From NCBI GenBank assembly GCA_032718475.1, contig JAUCBJ010007883.1, forward strand, positions 20,503-84,502: a DNA stretch of 64,000 nt. The letters are read 5' to 3'. This DNA comes from Nemertoderma westbladi. Taxonomy: Eukaryota; Animalia; Xenacoelomorpha. Positions 48,061 through 60,600 of this stretch are shown piece by piece. Position 1 is the first letter of the stretch. Each line of letters starts with the position of its first letter. Made by a program: the position numbers and the translations under genes. The notes beneath the pieces are model-generated. The model saw nothing but the letters and a program-made list of their open reading frames with translations, made no database searches and was not told where the DNA came from.

Positions 48061-50415
48061 ATGGACACCGGCACGGTTGTAGATCGGCTTATAGAGGTTG
48101 GATTCCCAGAACAGCGGGCTCTAGAAACATCAAAAAATGAGTTACTCGCAGCACAAATTCTCCAACTGTTGGATGAATTGCGACGTGAGAAACTGGCAGC
48201 AGAAGCCGATACGTCTGTGAGCCGGGAGGAGGCGCTGCTGGTCTATCACGTCGCCACTAAATTTCGCGACGATTGCAAATCGTTTACTAGTTATATTATT
48301 CCTTACGTGGCGACTGGTGCCGTTCACAGCGAACTCCAGGTGAATGCCGCAGCCACCTTCCTTAAGGCATTCCACAGCAATTGCGAAATCGATAGAACAG
48401 CATTTGAGGCTGCCTCAGGGATCGGAGTGAAGGTAACGCCAGAAGAGGTTGAAGAAGCCGTAGAGAAAGCCATCAATAAATACCGCGAGCAGATAGTGGA
48501 GAGAAGGTACGGCTTCAAGGTGGGTATCCTGGTGGGTGAGGTGCGAAGGTTGCTTCCTTGGGCGGAGACCAAACCAGTGCGAGGTGAAATCGATGTGCAA
48601 ATGTTCGACCTTCTCGGGCCGAAAGGAGAGCAGGATAGAACGCCGCCACGACGCGGTGAGAGTAAACCCAACGATAAGGAAACAAAAGGCGGTTCGAAAG
48701 AGAAGAGTAAACCGGAGGTTGATGGGGAGGCGGTTGGGGGCGGATGGTCGTCAGACATGGCCGGAGAGGCGTTGAGCTTCCACGCGGTTGGGGAGAACTT
48801 CCGCACGGAGGGCTACGTGCTGACGCCGTCGACGCACCGGCTGTTAGCAGACCACGTAGCGGCGGTAGACGGACGCGTGCACACGCGGTTCCCCCCGGAA
48901 CCCAACGGGATCCTGCACATCGGCCACGCCAAGGCCATCAACTTTAACTTCGGCTACGCGGCGGCCAACCGCGGCGTCTGTTATCTCCGGTACGACGACA
49001 CCAACCCCGAGAAGGAAGAGGAGCGATTCTTCCGCGGGATCCGCGAGATGGTCGAGTGGTTGGGCTACTCGCCCTTCCGGGTCACCCACGCCTCCGATTA
49101 TTTCCCGCAGCTCTACGACTACGCGGTGGAACTCATCCGGAGGGGCCACGCTTACGTCTGCCACCAGAAGCACGATGAGCTGAAGGGCCACAATCCAGAG
49201 GCGTCGCCATGGCGGGATCGGCCGGTGGCTGAGAGTCTCGGGTTATTCGCGGATATGCGGGACGGTAAGATGGCGGAAGGCGACGCAACCTTGCGGATGA
49301 AACACGTTATGGAAGACGGTAAGACAGACCCGGTTGCTTACCGCATTAAGTACACGACGCACGCGGCCAGCGGAGACCGTTGGTGTGTCTATCCGACTTA
49401 CGACTTCACCCACTGTATCTGCGATTCGTTAGAGAACATAACCCATTCGCTGTGCACCAAAGAGTTCCAGGCGCGTCGCTCCTCCTACTACTGGCTGTGC
49501 AACGCGTTGGACATTTACTGCCCGGTGCAGTGGGAGTACGGACGACTCAACCTCAACTACACCGTCGTGTCCAAGCGGAAGATCGGTAGGTTGATAGCCG
49601 CGGGGTTGGTGGAGGGTTGGGACGACCCCCGGTTGTTTACGCTCACGGCGTTACGACGCAGGGGCTACCCGCCCGAGGCCATCAACCTGTTCTGCGCCAA
49701 GGTCGGGGTCACCATGGCCCAGGTCTCCTTGGAGCCGGAGATGTTGGAGTCGTGCGTGAGGTCCGTGTTGAACGATACCGCCAGCAGGGTCGGGGCGACG
49801 TTGCGGCCGTTACGCGTCCGGATAAACAACCTCCCCGTCGGGTTGCCGTCCATTAGCGTTCCTAACGTTCCGCACATCGAGTCTAAAGGAACTCACGAGA
49901 TCTCTCTAACCCCGATCGTCTACATAGAAAGGGATGACTTTAAGGAGGAAGCCGATAAGGGTTACAGAAGGTTGACTCTGTCTCAGTCGGTTGGGTTGAA
50001 ACACTCGGGGTTCGTTATCCGGGTCGTCGAGGTCGAGCGTAGCGAGTCCGGACAGGTGTGCGGGTTAGTGGCGAGCTGCGAGCCGTTGGGGCCGGATAAT
50101 AAACCCCGGGGTTTCGTACAATGGGTCGGCGAGGACAGACTGGACTGCGAGGTGCGTTTATACCGACGGTTATTCAAACATAAACACCCCGAGGACCCGA
50201 AGGAGGCGCCGGGTGGGTTCCTCTCGGATTGCGACCCGGACAGTCGGGAGGTTGTCCGGGGTTACGTGGAGCCGTCCGTGTCCGGCGCCCGGCCCTACGA
50301 TAAGTTTCAGTTCGAGCGGGTCGGCTATTTCTCGGTGGATCCGGATTCGACAGATTCTCATCTGGTTTTTAATCTGACGGTTTCTCTCAAGGAAGATTCG
50401 GGTAAATCTAGTTGA
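48061..50415 (+). CDS. QARS1: Glutaminyl-tRNA synthetase (eukaryotic type with N-terminal extension), intronless
   Basis: TRFPPEPNGILHIGHAKAINFNF (HIGH motif), RYDDTNPEKEEE, YPTYDFTHC, ITHSLCTKEF, VVSKRK, WDDPRLFTL and FQFERVGYF. Confidence 0.97.
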   Translation: MDTGTVVDRLIEVGFPEQRALETSKNELLAAQILQLLDELRREKLAAEADTSVSREEALLVYHVATKFRDDCKSFTSYIIPYVATGAVHSELQVNAAATFLKAFHSNCEIDRTAFEAASGIGVKVTPEEVEEAVEKAINKYREQIVERRYGFKVGILVGEVRRLLPWAETKPVRGEIDVQMFDLLGPKGEQDRTPPRRGESKPNDKETKGGSKEKSKPEVDGEAVGGGWSSDMAGEALSFHAVGENFRTEGYVLTPSTHRLLADHVAAVDGRVHTRFPPEPNGILHIGHAKAINFNFGYAAANRGVCYLRYDDTNPEKEEERFFRGIREMVEWLGYSPFRVTHASDYFPQLYDYAVELIRRGHAYVCHQKHDELKGHNPEASPWRDRPVAESLGLFADMRDGKMAEGDATLRMKHVMEDGKTDPVAYRIKYTTHAASGDRWCVYPTYDFTHCICDSLENITHSLCTKEFQARRSSYYWLCNALDIYCPVQWEYGRLNLNYTVVSKRKIGRLIAAGLVEGWDDPRLFTLTALRRRGYPPEAINLFCAKVGVTMAQVSLEPEMLESCVRSVLNDTASRVGATLRPLRVRINNLPVGLPSISVPNVPHIESKGTHEISLTPIVYIERDDFKEEADKGYRRLTLSQSVGLKHSGFVIRVVEVERSESGQVCGLVASCEPLGPDNKPRGFVQWVGEDRLDCEVRLYRRLFKHKHPEDPKEAPGGFLSDCDPDSREVVRGYVEPSVSGARPYDKFQFERVGYFSVDPDSTDSHLVFNLTVSLKEDSGKSS

Positions 50416-51934
50416 TTTCTAATATAAATAAATCGGTCGGTAACTGAATTGACCTACAGGATAGGATAGAGACATCCGATAAGGGACCGACTATTACAAC
50501 TCTTCTTAGCTAAATCTACATTGTGGCATGTTGCTTATAAAATATAACAGTTGTAGCCCTTGAACCTTCAATGATGTACGTTGTTTGGAATAATTATTGT
50601 TAGACCAGTTTTATTGAAACTAATGTGTTTCTAGTGCTAACTAAGTAAGATCTAACGTTCATATTTAGGAATCATAATATTTTTTAAACACCTGTTTCGT
50701 AATATATCGATATTATTTTTCTAAGTCCAACTTTGTAATGTAGCTGCGTGTTTGGTGTTGTTATTAGATTTTGTGCTCTGAGTTATTAAAATTATATTAA
50801 TTACTATTTGGCGGAGAGTTTTACTGTAGTTTTGCGGTTGACTTTGGAGTTGCATTTGCAATTTTTCGATTCGAATTTTAAAATTCAATATAATATTACT
50901 ATTTGTGTGTCCAAATTTATGTTGCTCATATATTTTAAATTATTTTATTAACTTAGTTTTTTGTGGTTAAATATAATTTTGTGCTTGGGATAATATTATT
51001 ATTATATATAAATATAATTTGCTTTGATTAATACCTCTACAAGCTAAGCTCTGTATTCCCCTGAATCCGGACCTCCGTAGTAAAATGAACTCGAGTTGGG
51101 AAAACAACACTTTATAAAACAGCAAAGAAAAGGCTGAATTTATAACGAATTGTTAGTACTAAGTACATCTTAATACGTAATGCACATAATGCAGCACTTA
51201 AACTGCTGAACTGTACGCGATCTGTAAACTTGGAGTGCTCAATAGAACTGAGCACTGCTCACTGCTCAGACAATGAGGATGTCCTTTTCCCTAATAATGT
51301 GGATCGTGCTAAGGAATCTCCAAGAAATTATCAAGTTTACGGAATTGTTAACGCGCTTAAGGAAATATGAGATTTACTTCTAAAGCCCCCCCCCCCCCCC
51401 AAACCATCCCATTTCACACTCATACAGTATTGCTAAATATAATGACAATTCGATTATAAAACTTCTCAGATAGCAAAATAATAGTAAAGATAATATTTTC
51501 TCAAGAATTAATATCACAATAATGGAAGTTAGAAATCGCAACAAATTTATTTCCCACTAAAAATAATAATTTGTCCACTAAATTTTTCCTTCACTGAAAA
51601 TAACTATTATTCTCCACTATTTATAATAATTGGATTTCCACTAAAACTATTTTAACTATTTTTAATTTTGTAACGACCAAATATAATCATATTTCACTTA
51701 AAATTTAATTAATTTCCACTAAGTCCACAGTCAAACTACTCAAAAAATTCAATGCATTCTTCAGTCCTCGGGTCTCGCTCATCGCATCGGTTAGTCCAGT
51801 TTGCCCGTATCGCTAGCGCAGTAGAGATACCAAAAGTCGAGGTCGCCAACGACACTGCGAGTGCGACAGACAGAGGCGGTGGCCTTGATGGTGATTTGTT
51901 TGAGTACCGGTACAATTCCAAATCGTTGCTGGGT

Positions 51935-52830
51935 ATTGCAGTATTGGGGTGTTGTCCTATCACCCATGACATTTGCTAGATCATCCGCATCTTCAAGGCC
52001 AGTGTCCTTTAAGTTGGGTCTCATGAAAGTCATGGGCTGTCCAGTCCACCATGCGTATTCACGCATGGTATGCCTTTCCCTTACGTATTGAAGGTCCTCA
52101 CCTGACTTCCGGATCCATGATTCCAGGTAACTGAAGTCGTCCACATGCTCAAGCATATCAACCTTTGAGTGTATGCTCATCCTGTCAGAGACTTGCTGAG
52201 GACTTTCAAAGTTAACTGTCAAAATTTTGGTCTTTTTGGAGTTAATAAAAAGACCAACACTAGAATCAGCCTGTTCTAATGAGCTGAGGAGGCGTTGGGC
52301 TCCCTCTAGTAATTCTGAGAGTACTCACAAGTCATCAGCAAAGTCTAGATCAGTTAGGTACTTGGCAGGATTATCATTATGATGATCTAAGGACATGCAT
52401 AGAACATAGTAAACCACAATTATGAACAAGAATGGCGCAAGTGGTCTCCCTGGAGGACTCGCCATAACATTTCAAATGGTTCTGTGTCACCGTCAACAGT
52501 GAGACACATATATTGTCAGACCATCGTATACTGATCTGATTGCTGCAATAATTTCATCAGGAATCCCATATAATGAAAGTATGCTGAACATACGTGAGCG
52601 AGAGAATAAATCAAAGGTCTTGAAGAATTCAACAAAGATAACAGCCAGATGCCTGTCTTTCTTTTTTTTATAACTCTTCAATTATCCTTCTAAGTGCCAA
52701 AATGGGCTCCATGGTCCCGCGTCCTTTACGGAACCCATTCTAATTTCCATGGTCAATGGGATCCCTGATGCGATTTAATAGAATTCTATTGTATAGCTTT
52801 ACAGCAATCGAGATCAATGAGATTCCCCGT
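51935..52830 (-). mobile_element. Degraded RTE LINE, RT domain to 3' end
   Basis: Frameshifted pieces GFRKGRGT, F.KTFD, YGIP, LAPFLF, LTDLDFADDL, F.YL.SWI and DTGLEDADDLANVMGDR. Confidence 0.85.
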
Positions 52831-53109
52831 AAAGAACCATACAGTAGTAGATTGTTAGGTTGCCCTTCTTGGGGACTGGCACCAACTTATTTGTTTTCAT
52901 TTCTTGTGGGACTCTTGTTGTTCTGTTCAAGAAATGTTAAATATGTTACATATTCAGATGCCAGTTTCTATCGAAAGTAAATTCAAATGTTGCATTGATC
53001 CGATAATACGAATTTATTTTTCCTTTTTAATTTGTATGTTTTGAGAAGCAGAGGAACGGTTATAATATGATACCGAGATACTCGTACGAGTTACAGATTT
53101 GGTGTGGAT

Positions 53110-53320
53110 TACTATCGTAGTGAAATTTTTCGTTTATCGCAAGTGGGCCGGCAATTCAAAATTTCATCATTTTCGATTTCGTGAGGTTGATAGACAATCG
53201 TAACCAAAAGTGGAGAGCATCCAATCCTTGTTGGACATCCTCGCGTTTCTCTGAGTACAAGACTAAGTTGTCTCCATAGAACAGCAGTTTTAGTAAAGAG
53301 GCTGCACTGGAGAGGGTCGA
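53110..53320 (-). mobile_element. Degenerate LINE RT fragment
   Basis: LLFYGDNLVL...QQGLDAL...LSINLTKSKMMKF resembles the YADD-to-thumb segment of non-LTR RTs. Confidence 0.55.
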
Positions 53321-56300
53321 ACCAAGGTCGGCTACATAAACAGTATGAATGCCATCGGCGACAGGCAATCACTAAGATACCACCCAGCTGCCAGATTGGT
53401 TTGGAAAGGCCAACTCTATCATAGACTTACTGAGATGCAGTTATTGAGTAATTATTTGATTAAATTGTAGGTTTTACCTTTAATTCGTAATTTGTTGTAG
53501 TTGGGTGGATAACAGTGCAATCCCGCGGTAGTTATCTGGATTGTTCACAGAGCCTTTATTCTTATATATAATTTTTATGAAGCTTTAATAGCCAAAACTC
53601 TAAAAAACGACCTTAGCTCTATGATATTAAAGTTTAAGAAAAATATAATTTAGAGAACAATGAATGAACAAGTTATGTACTACAATAGCCAGCGAATAGA
53701 GTTGAACAGGCGGGGTAAAAAACAACTGGGATTACATAAGTCATCAGTTGGGATCGAGAATCGAGATCCTAAGTCATGGTCTACCTGCGGCTCCACGTGA
53801 CGAGAGTGACTCCTTCGACGAGCTTCCCGCACATTATTCTCTCATAGAAAATAATGTCTAGTAATCTTCACTAAATTAATCATTTTTCTATCAATTACGC
53901 TTACAACTTCTTCAGGAAAAGCTGAAATTAGCGACACAAACTCGTCGCTGACACAACAATAATTATGTTTGTATATAATAATAATAGCCCACTTACTGGC
54001 AACCTTGGAACAAATCCTGTGAGGTAAATATGTTCCCCCCATGACAATGAAGCATCGATAATGAACTCTGTAGTAAGCAAATACAATCGGACGGCATAGC
54101 CTGCTACATCCGGACGCTGGCCCGAGGTAGCTGCTACAAAGACACCGTTATTACATTAATACGACTGATCTCTAAAAAATAATGAATGCCACGTTTACAT
54201 CTTATTAAGATGCTGAATCACGCAAGCTTGCGATAATATGATTTCTCGGTAAGAATTTCCAATTACATTAAGGCATAGCGAGCAATTGCTTTTATTTAAT
54301 CTCAATGGACATGCTAGCTAGCTGTCGCTCGTATTGATTACACACAAGACTGAAAGCTGGCGAAATGACAGCTTCTCAACAGAAACACCGGTCGCGGTGT
54401 AGCAATAGCTAACCCAACCTGCTCCGGCTTAAGGTTTGTGGGTGGTGTTAGTTAGTTACTTGTAGATCAGCGTTAATGGATAATTTTTCATGGTTATATA
54501 GCTAGGCTGCTATGCTATAAATGTAAGGAGGCAGGCAGGTGGACTGATTAACTCAAAAGCAATTATTGTTGCTCCATTATGTGTACACAACTCGCTCACA
54601 TTGATCCTCGTCAAAATTATGAGTTTACTCTGCGTTATATGACTCATTATTATTGCATATGCACTGACTCTAACTACACTGTCTTTTGGTTGTTGGAAAG
54701 GAATAACATTAGGAATAATAACACTTGTGATCCCAATTAGGGCTCGAAATTAATATGGGACTGTGTTTACCACATAAATATCGGGCTAATGCATGGCTGA
54801 GTGAGGGGGTGTTTACTTTTAATCTATTATGTGTAAAATTAAGTAATTAGTACTTAAAAATTATAATTTAGCCATACCGGTATATCTCCTATAATATTAT
54901 TGAATAGGGTTGGTGCGCGAAAAAATTGTGTTTTTCTAGCCCAACAATTTTGTGTCCTGAATCAAGTGGCGCGGTGTGTTTTTTGTAAAAACACGAGGAA
55001 ACGGTCGAAATGGCGGGTTTAATTAAGTAAGCCCTGGAAGCCAATGTTGCAAATCGGCTGTGATTGGCTGCTACAGATTTGACGTCACTACGCAGTGCTT
55101 TGATAATTTCTTATAATGGTTTCTATGGAGGGTGATTTTCGATCGATCCAAATACATATTTATAATCTCAATCATTTCACAAGTGGCTTATTTCAATTGA
55201 AATCGGAGAGTCTTGCGCCTCTTTTAACACACAATTATTTAAATCAGGGTCATAAACATTGATAAAGTACTGTTTGCAATTTTGCAAACTTGGTAGATTG
55301 CCTGACCCCGTATGTAAGCACTCAACCGCTCGCCCTATCCACCTATTGCATTGCAGTATCGGAGTAGGCCTATTGCTGTATTGTTGCTTAAGTTCATTAA
55401 GTTGAATGATCCCCCCCCCCCCCCCCCCCCCCACAATTACCTGGTTACAAAACACAGTTTTAGTTATTTTTTTATTATACCTCTACCGTATAAAGACACT
55501 TTAAATAAATAAAATTCGTGTAAAAGTATTAATATGGACACATTGTTAAAAGGTATTGGCAGTAACGTGAGCGACAATGTTACGCAGTCATTGTAACTAG
55601 CCATTTGCCAAACATGCCAAATTGTCGAAATAAAATAACAGCAATATCCAATCCATGTATATACCGGTAAATAGATTACATCATACCGGTAATGTATTTA
55701 AACATAATCATAAAGTTCAAAATAGAAATACAGTAAAATTTTGCAGAAAATATTTATACCAATATTAAAATACTAATACACATCTAATATTAAATAAAAT
55801 AATATATCTCATAAACTAAACTAAGTTTTGCATTACATATTGAATATATTGTAATGCGCATAAAAGCATTTTAACTACCTAAACTGAACTACAAAATATA
55901 CTTGCGAAAATAAAATACATAGAAAACAAAATAACCTTAAGCTAATAACATTATTGTCCGTCCGTGAGATAAGAAATGCCCTGTAGATTAATACATTGAA
56001 ACTGAAAGTAGTTGCGATAAGGCAAATAATAGACATCGTAATTTATAAATCGTACGTAATGCTTCATTCAGTTAACAGTATTGTATAATATTTAATTAAA
56101 AGTGGATAAATATCTAAAACCATGAATAGGATAAAATAATAAATTGTAAATCCCTCCCTATAAACCATCTATTAACAGGAAAAAATAGTTAATGTAATAA
56201 ATGTAAGTAAAACTCAGCACAAATACATATTTAGTAAGTTTACTTTGAGAAATCGGAACAATAGATTCGTAGAAATATGAAATATATTGCTGTTAAACAC

Positions 56301-57653
56301 AATCCAGTTGTTACCTGTTGTTCGTTTGTTTATTGAATAAATTATAACAAAATTAATTATTATAGTTCATTCCATATTTAAATAATATTGAAAGCAACTG
56401 TAAAGAGTCCGGTAGTTAGTAGGCCGATTAATAAATAGTCAAAAAATATGTTTGGTACTTACAAAGTATAACATTATAAAACTTAAATGGTATATAATGG
56501 AATTATTTGTTATAAATATATATATTTTTTTGATGTTTTTCATAGAGTAAAGGTACTATCTACACCTACCCAACCCACTAATGACTATATCTACTAATGA
56601 CTGCCAAAGAGGAGGAATTGTGAATATGTTTCTGTTGCGTTCAGTACTTCCCCAGAGTCTGGCTGAACTACAAGTTAATTAAGTACTTAGTAGAACTTAT
56701 ATCCGTATAAATTTAGACGCACCAGCTACTACTACTACACTTCTTAATACATTCATTTACTAAATGTTTATTGAATTAAATTAATAAAATAAGTTCAGTG
56801 ACCCTTACTGCACAGCAAGTCAATATTTTCAATGTGGCCGGATAAGTTATGCAGTTAAGATATTGTTTATAGGACAGAACCTCTTACGAGACCGAAATCT
56901 AGGAAGAAATAAAATAAAACCAAATCAAATAAAACCAGGTTTAACAGGATTGTAAATTAATAATATATACAGACTTGAACCTCGTAAGCTGATAAATATG
57001 TTCATTTTTTTCTGTAGTAAAAGTAGTGGGTCCCTCATGAAGCAGAACTGGAAGCTATTCAACGAACAACTACAATTATTATATTATGGCTATAGTTATA
57101 TATTCTGATATTGGCTTCCGACACACACATACTATAAGACATAGTTCACTGATGTCTCGCAATTCTGACTCGCCCCACAATTCGTTACGTAAGAATAAGT
57201 TTATTAAATATAATATATTTTCAACAATTCCGAGTATTGAAATATGTAAAACATGATGTTATTCGCAAATAGAAACACGAAAATAAAAAGTAAATAAAAC
57301 ATTCGTTAAAAATAATAATGTAAGAAGGCCAGAAGTTAATAATAAAATGCGAGATGATGATGGGAAAACAGACAACGAGATATTGCTGAAGCAAATATAA
57401 GAAAACTTTAATTTTTATCACAACTTGCTAACTTTTACGCGTTGTGAAACACGAAACTACCGTATGAACACTCCCCCCCCCCCCCTTCCAATTCGCGGTA
57501 CTCGTTTTCTGTCCCGCACTCGCTGCCTTCGTACCCCGATCCGCAACTTATCTAATAAAATACCCGGAAAAGGTACAAAATGTAAATAGAAGCAAAGAAG
57601 AAAAGTGAAGAATGTTAAACAATAATCGGATCAGTAGCCATAGCAACAGCGTT

Positions 57654-60600
57654 CTATAATAGCACAAAGTGATTCGCGAAGCGAGTAGTCCGTCGCAGTC
57701 TAGTGCTACGTTTCAACGCGTTGCTAGGTGCCCCGTCGCTAGGTACCACGTCACTAGGCACGCCGTTGCTAGGCACTCCGTTGCTAGACTCCGCTGTTAT
57801 CGTTGCCAACGCGACCGTTGGATCCAAGCCGTCGGCCACAACGGTGAGTTTCTTCATCGTCTCGGTAGGAACCGCTCCCGGGGAGGGACCAGCCTCGCAG
57901 ACGGGGTCACTCACCTCTGTCGCAGAGTCATTGACCTCTCTGAGTTCGGTGTCGTCCGAGTCCAACCCGCCGCACAGAATCAGGGTGGAGGACCCAGACG
58001 ATGACGTCACACTGCGAGCATCCCCATTCCTAATGAGTTTCTTGGTTCGCGCCGAGCCGAACTTATAACATTTGGACCAGCGGCGTCGTTTCGGCTTTAC
58101 AGCAATTTCTTGCACTTTACCCACAGCGTCGTCGCTCTTGCTTTCCTCCATTGCACCATCGTCAACTCTCTCTACAATCTTTGAAACATCGTCGGTGTCA
58201 ACTACAACATTATCATTTGATACGACCGGAAAATAATGTGTGATTTTCTTTCCGGGAATGTGTTTTTTGTCTTGAACGGAATTACGTTTCTTTGAGTTCC
58301 GTTTTTTCGCCGAAACATTTGACGTCTCTATTGGTTTACTATCAGTATCACCTGCTTCCACCGGTAGACTGTCTGCTACCACGGGTAGACTGTCTGCTAC
58401 CACGGGTAGACTGTCTGCTACCACGGGTAGACTGTCTGCTACCACGGGTAGACTGTCTGCTACCACGGGTAGACTGTCTGCTACCACGGGTAGACTGTCT
58501 GCTACCACCGGTAGACTGTCTGCTACCACGGGTATACTGTCTGCTACCACCGGTAGACTGTCTGCTACCACCGGTAGACTGTCTGCTACCACGGGTATAC
58601 TGTCTGCTACCATGGGTAGACTGTCTGCTACCACGGGTAGACTGTCTGCTACCGCCGGTAGACTGTCTGCTACCACGGGTAGACTGTCTGCTACCACGGG
58701 TAGACTGTCTGCTACCACGGGTAGACTGCACTCAGAGGCCGCTCTCTCATCCTCCAACACAGAATCAAATAAAGTCTCCGACAACAACACTTTCCTCGGC
58801 CTTTTCAGTTTCTTTACTATATTATATTCGTCGTCGCCCTCGACGTATTTGCTGACGTCGACATCGCTGCACGCTGCCATGGTGAGGCTGCGAGTCTGGA
58901 ATTGTTTAACGACTCGGGTTTTACGTTTGGAAGCAGCGGGTTGATTGTCTGGCTGGGTTACAGACTCGGTAAAGGACGCCTCAGCAGAGATTGCCGCTTC
59001 TATCACGATTGCTTCAGATTCTTTTATAGAAATGGAATCCAGTAAAAGACCAGAATTGGTATCCTCTCGGGCCATAGAATCCTCAACCCCTATCTGTTTG
59101 TTTGTTTTCTTTTTAACCGCTTTGGATTTCGTTAGAAACTTGGCCACCGGCTGATCGTCGATATCCACGGCTGGTTTATCCACCGTCTCGTCTAGGGTGA
59201 CTGACTCGGTATCAATCAACCCCTCAACGGGATCCGGAACAGCGCACGGTGAAGGCACAGGTGATGCAGGGACATCCGTCGGTTCAGCTGGAATCAACTT
59301 TAGATATTTAACGATATCAGCGATGGCAGTCTCGTCGCATTCACCGAAGGCCTCATCGGCTTCTACGTCGTTCTCGCAAATAGCCGACAACACCATCTGG
59401 GATAACGGTCTCCCGCTGTCTAGTGAGTCGCTCCCGAGCAGACAGGCGGCGGTCTCCCTGGAGGTGAAGTACCGCGGTATCCCCGGGGACTTCCGCTTAA
59501 CGAACTTGGTGAGGGCGCCTCCGGTGGACGCCGACTGCGGGGTCTTCCGACGCGCTCCAGGCACCCACAACGAGGCCGCGGTCTGCGCTCTACGTCGTCT
59601 AATCTGGCCCTTCGGCGGCTTCACCTTGGTCGGCTTTCTGTCCGGGAGTTCGCAATGGAACGGGCCGCTAGACTGGGCCGTCGGTTTGGTAACCTCGCCA
59701 AGACACAGACCCGAGAAACTCCCTAACAACGATGCGAGATCCGTCACCTGGGACTTGTAACCGCCTCTTCGGGAGGTTGTACGTTTTTGTTTCTTCGTTT
59801 CGGGCTGCGAAGATTTATTGATGGACTTACTGGAGTCGCTGATACAACCTCTAAGGGTTAAGTTGTCTATCCGGCCGGGTTGCAGGAAGTGGAGGAATAT
59901 GTTGTCGGCGGGAGGGGAGATGTCGGGATTGGGTTGGGATTGGGAGGACGAAGGGGATGGGGTTACTGAGAGGGAAGGTCGGAAGGGATGCTGCATGAAG
60001 GAGAGACGGGGGTCGTCGTCGGGATGGAAAGGAATGGTACCAGGGGCCGGGAGCGACTCGAGGTATTTGCGCATCAGCGGGGAGAGTTTCCGGAAAGGGT
60101 TGTCCTTGACGATTCCGCTGTCGCTAGTGGGCGCATCGCTGTGGGGGGACTGCGTGGTCGTCCGGGTGACCTCGGAGCGGTCGCTCCCGGGGGAGACCGC
60201 CAGGGGGCCGCCGCTGGGGGGCGCTGAGTGCCGGGGGTCCAGGTAATTAAACATCCGTGGGTCTACAAGGCCGCGACGGATTAGCCGTCGTTCCGTCTTG
60301 CTAAGCCGCAGTTTGGGCGGTCTAGCGAGGGCGAGGAGGCCCAGGCCGTGCTGTTGGTAGTAGCAGTGGCAGGGCGCAGCGCCGTGCGCCCCTAGCGGTG
60401 GCTCGTAGTATCCCCTACCCCCGAACTCTCCAAATCCGACGCATTGTCGTTTATTGCTGGACTGCGCGACAATGTGTTTACGTTTTGTTTCTTCCTCGTC
60501 TTGCGGCACCAGTCCAGCACACAATGTCTGGTTGTCGCGCTCTAGTTGGTCCCCCTTGTTGGGACTAGTGGGCGGGACACACAGCCCAGCGGTGGAGGGG

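Noticed and set aside
55055-55092. CCAAT (GATTGG) plus TGACGTCA promoter-like pair
   Set aside because: No adjacent gene start is visible, and such motifs are common inside non-autonomous DNA transposons.
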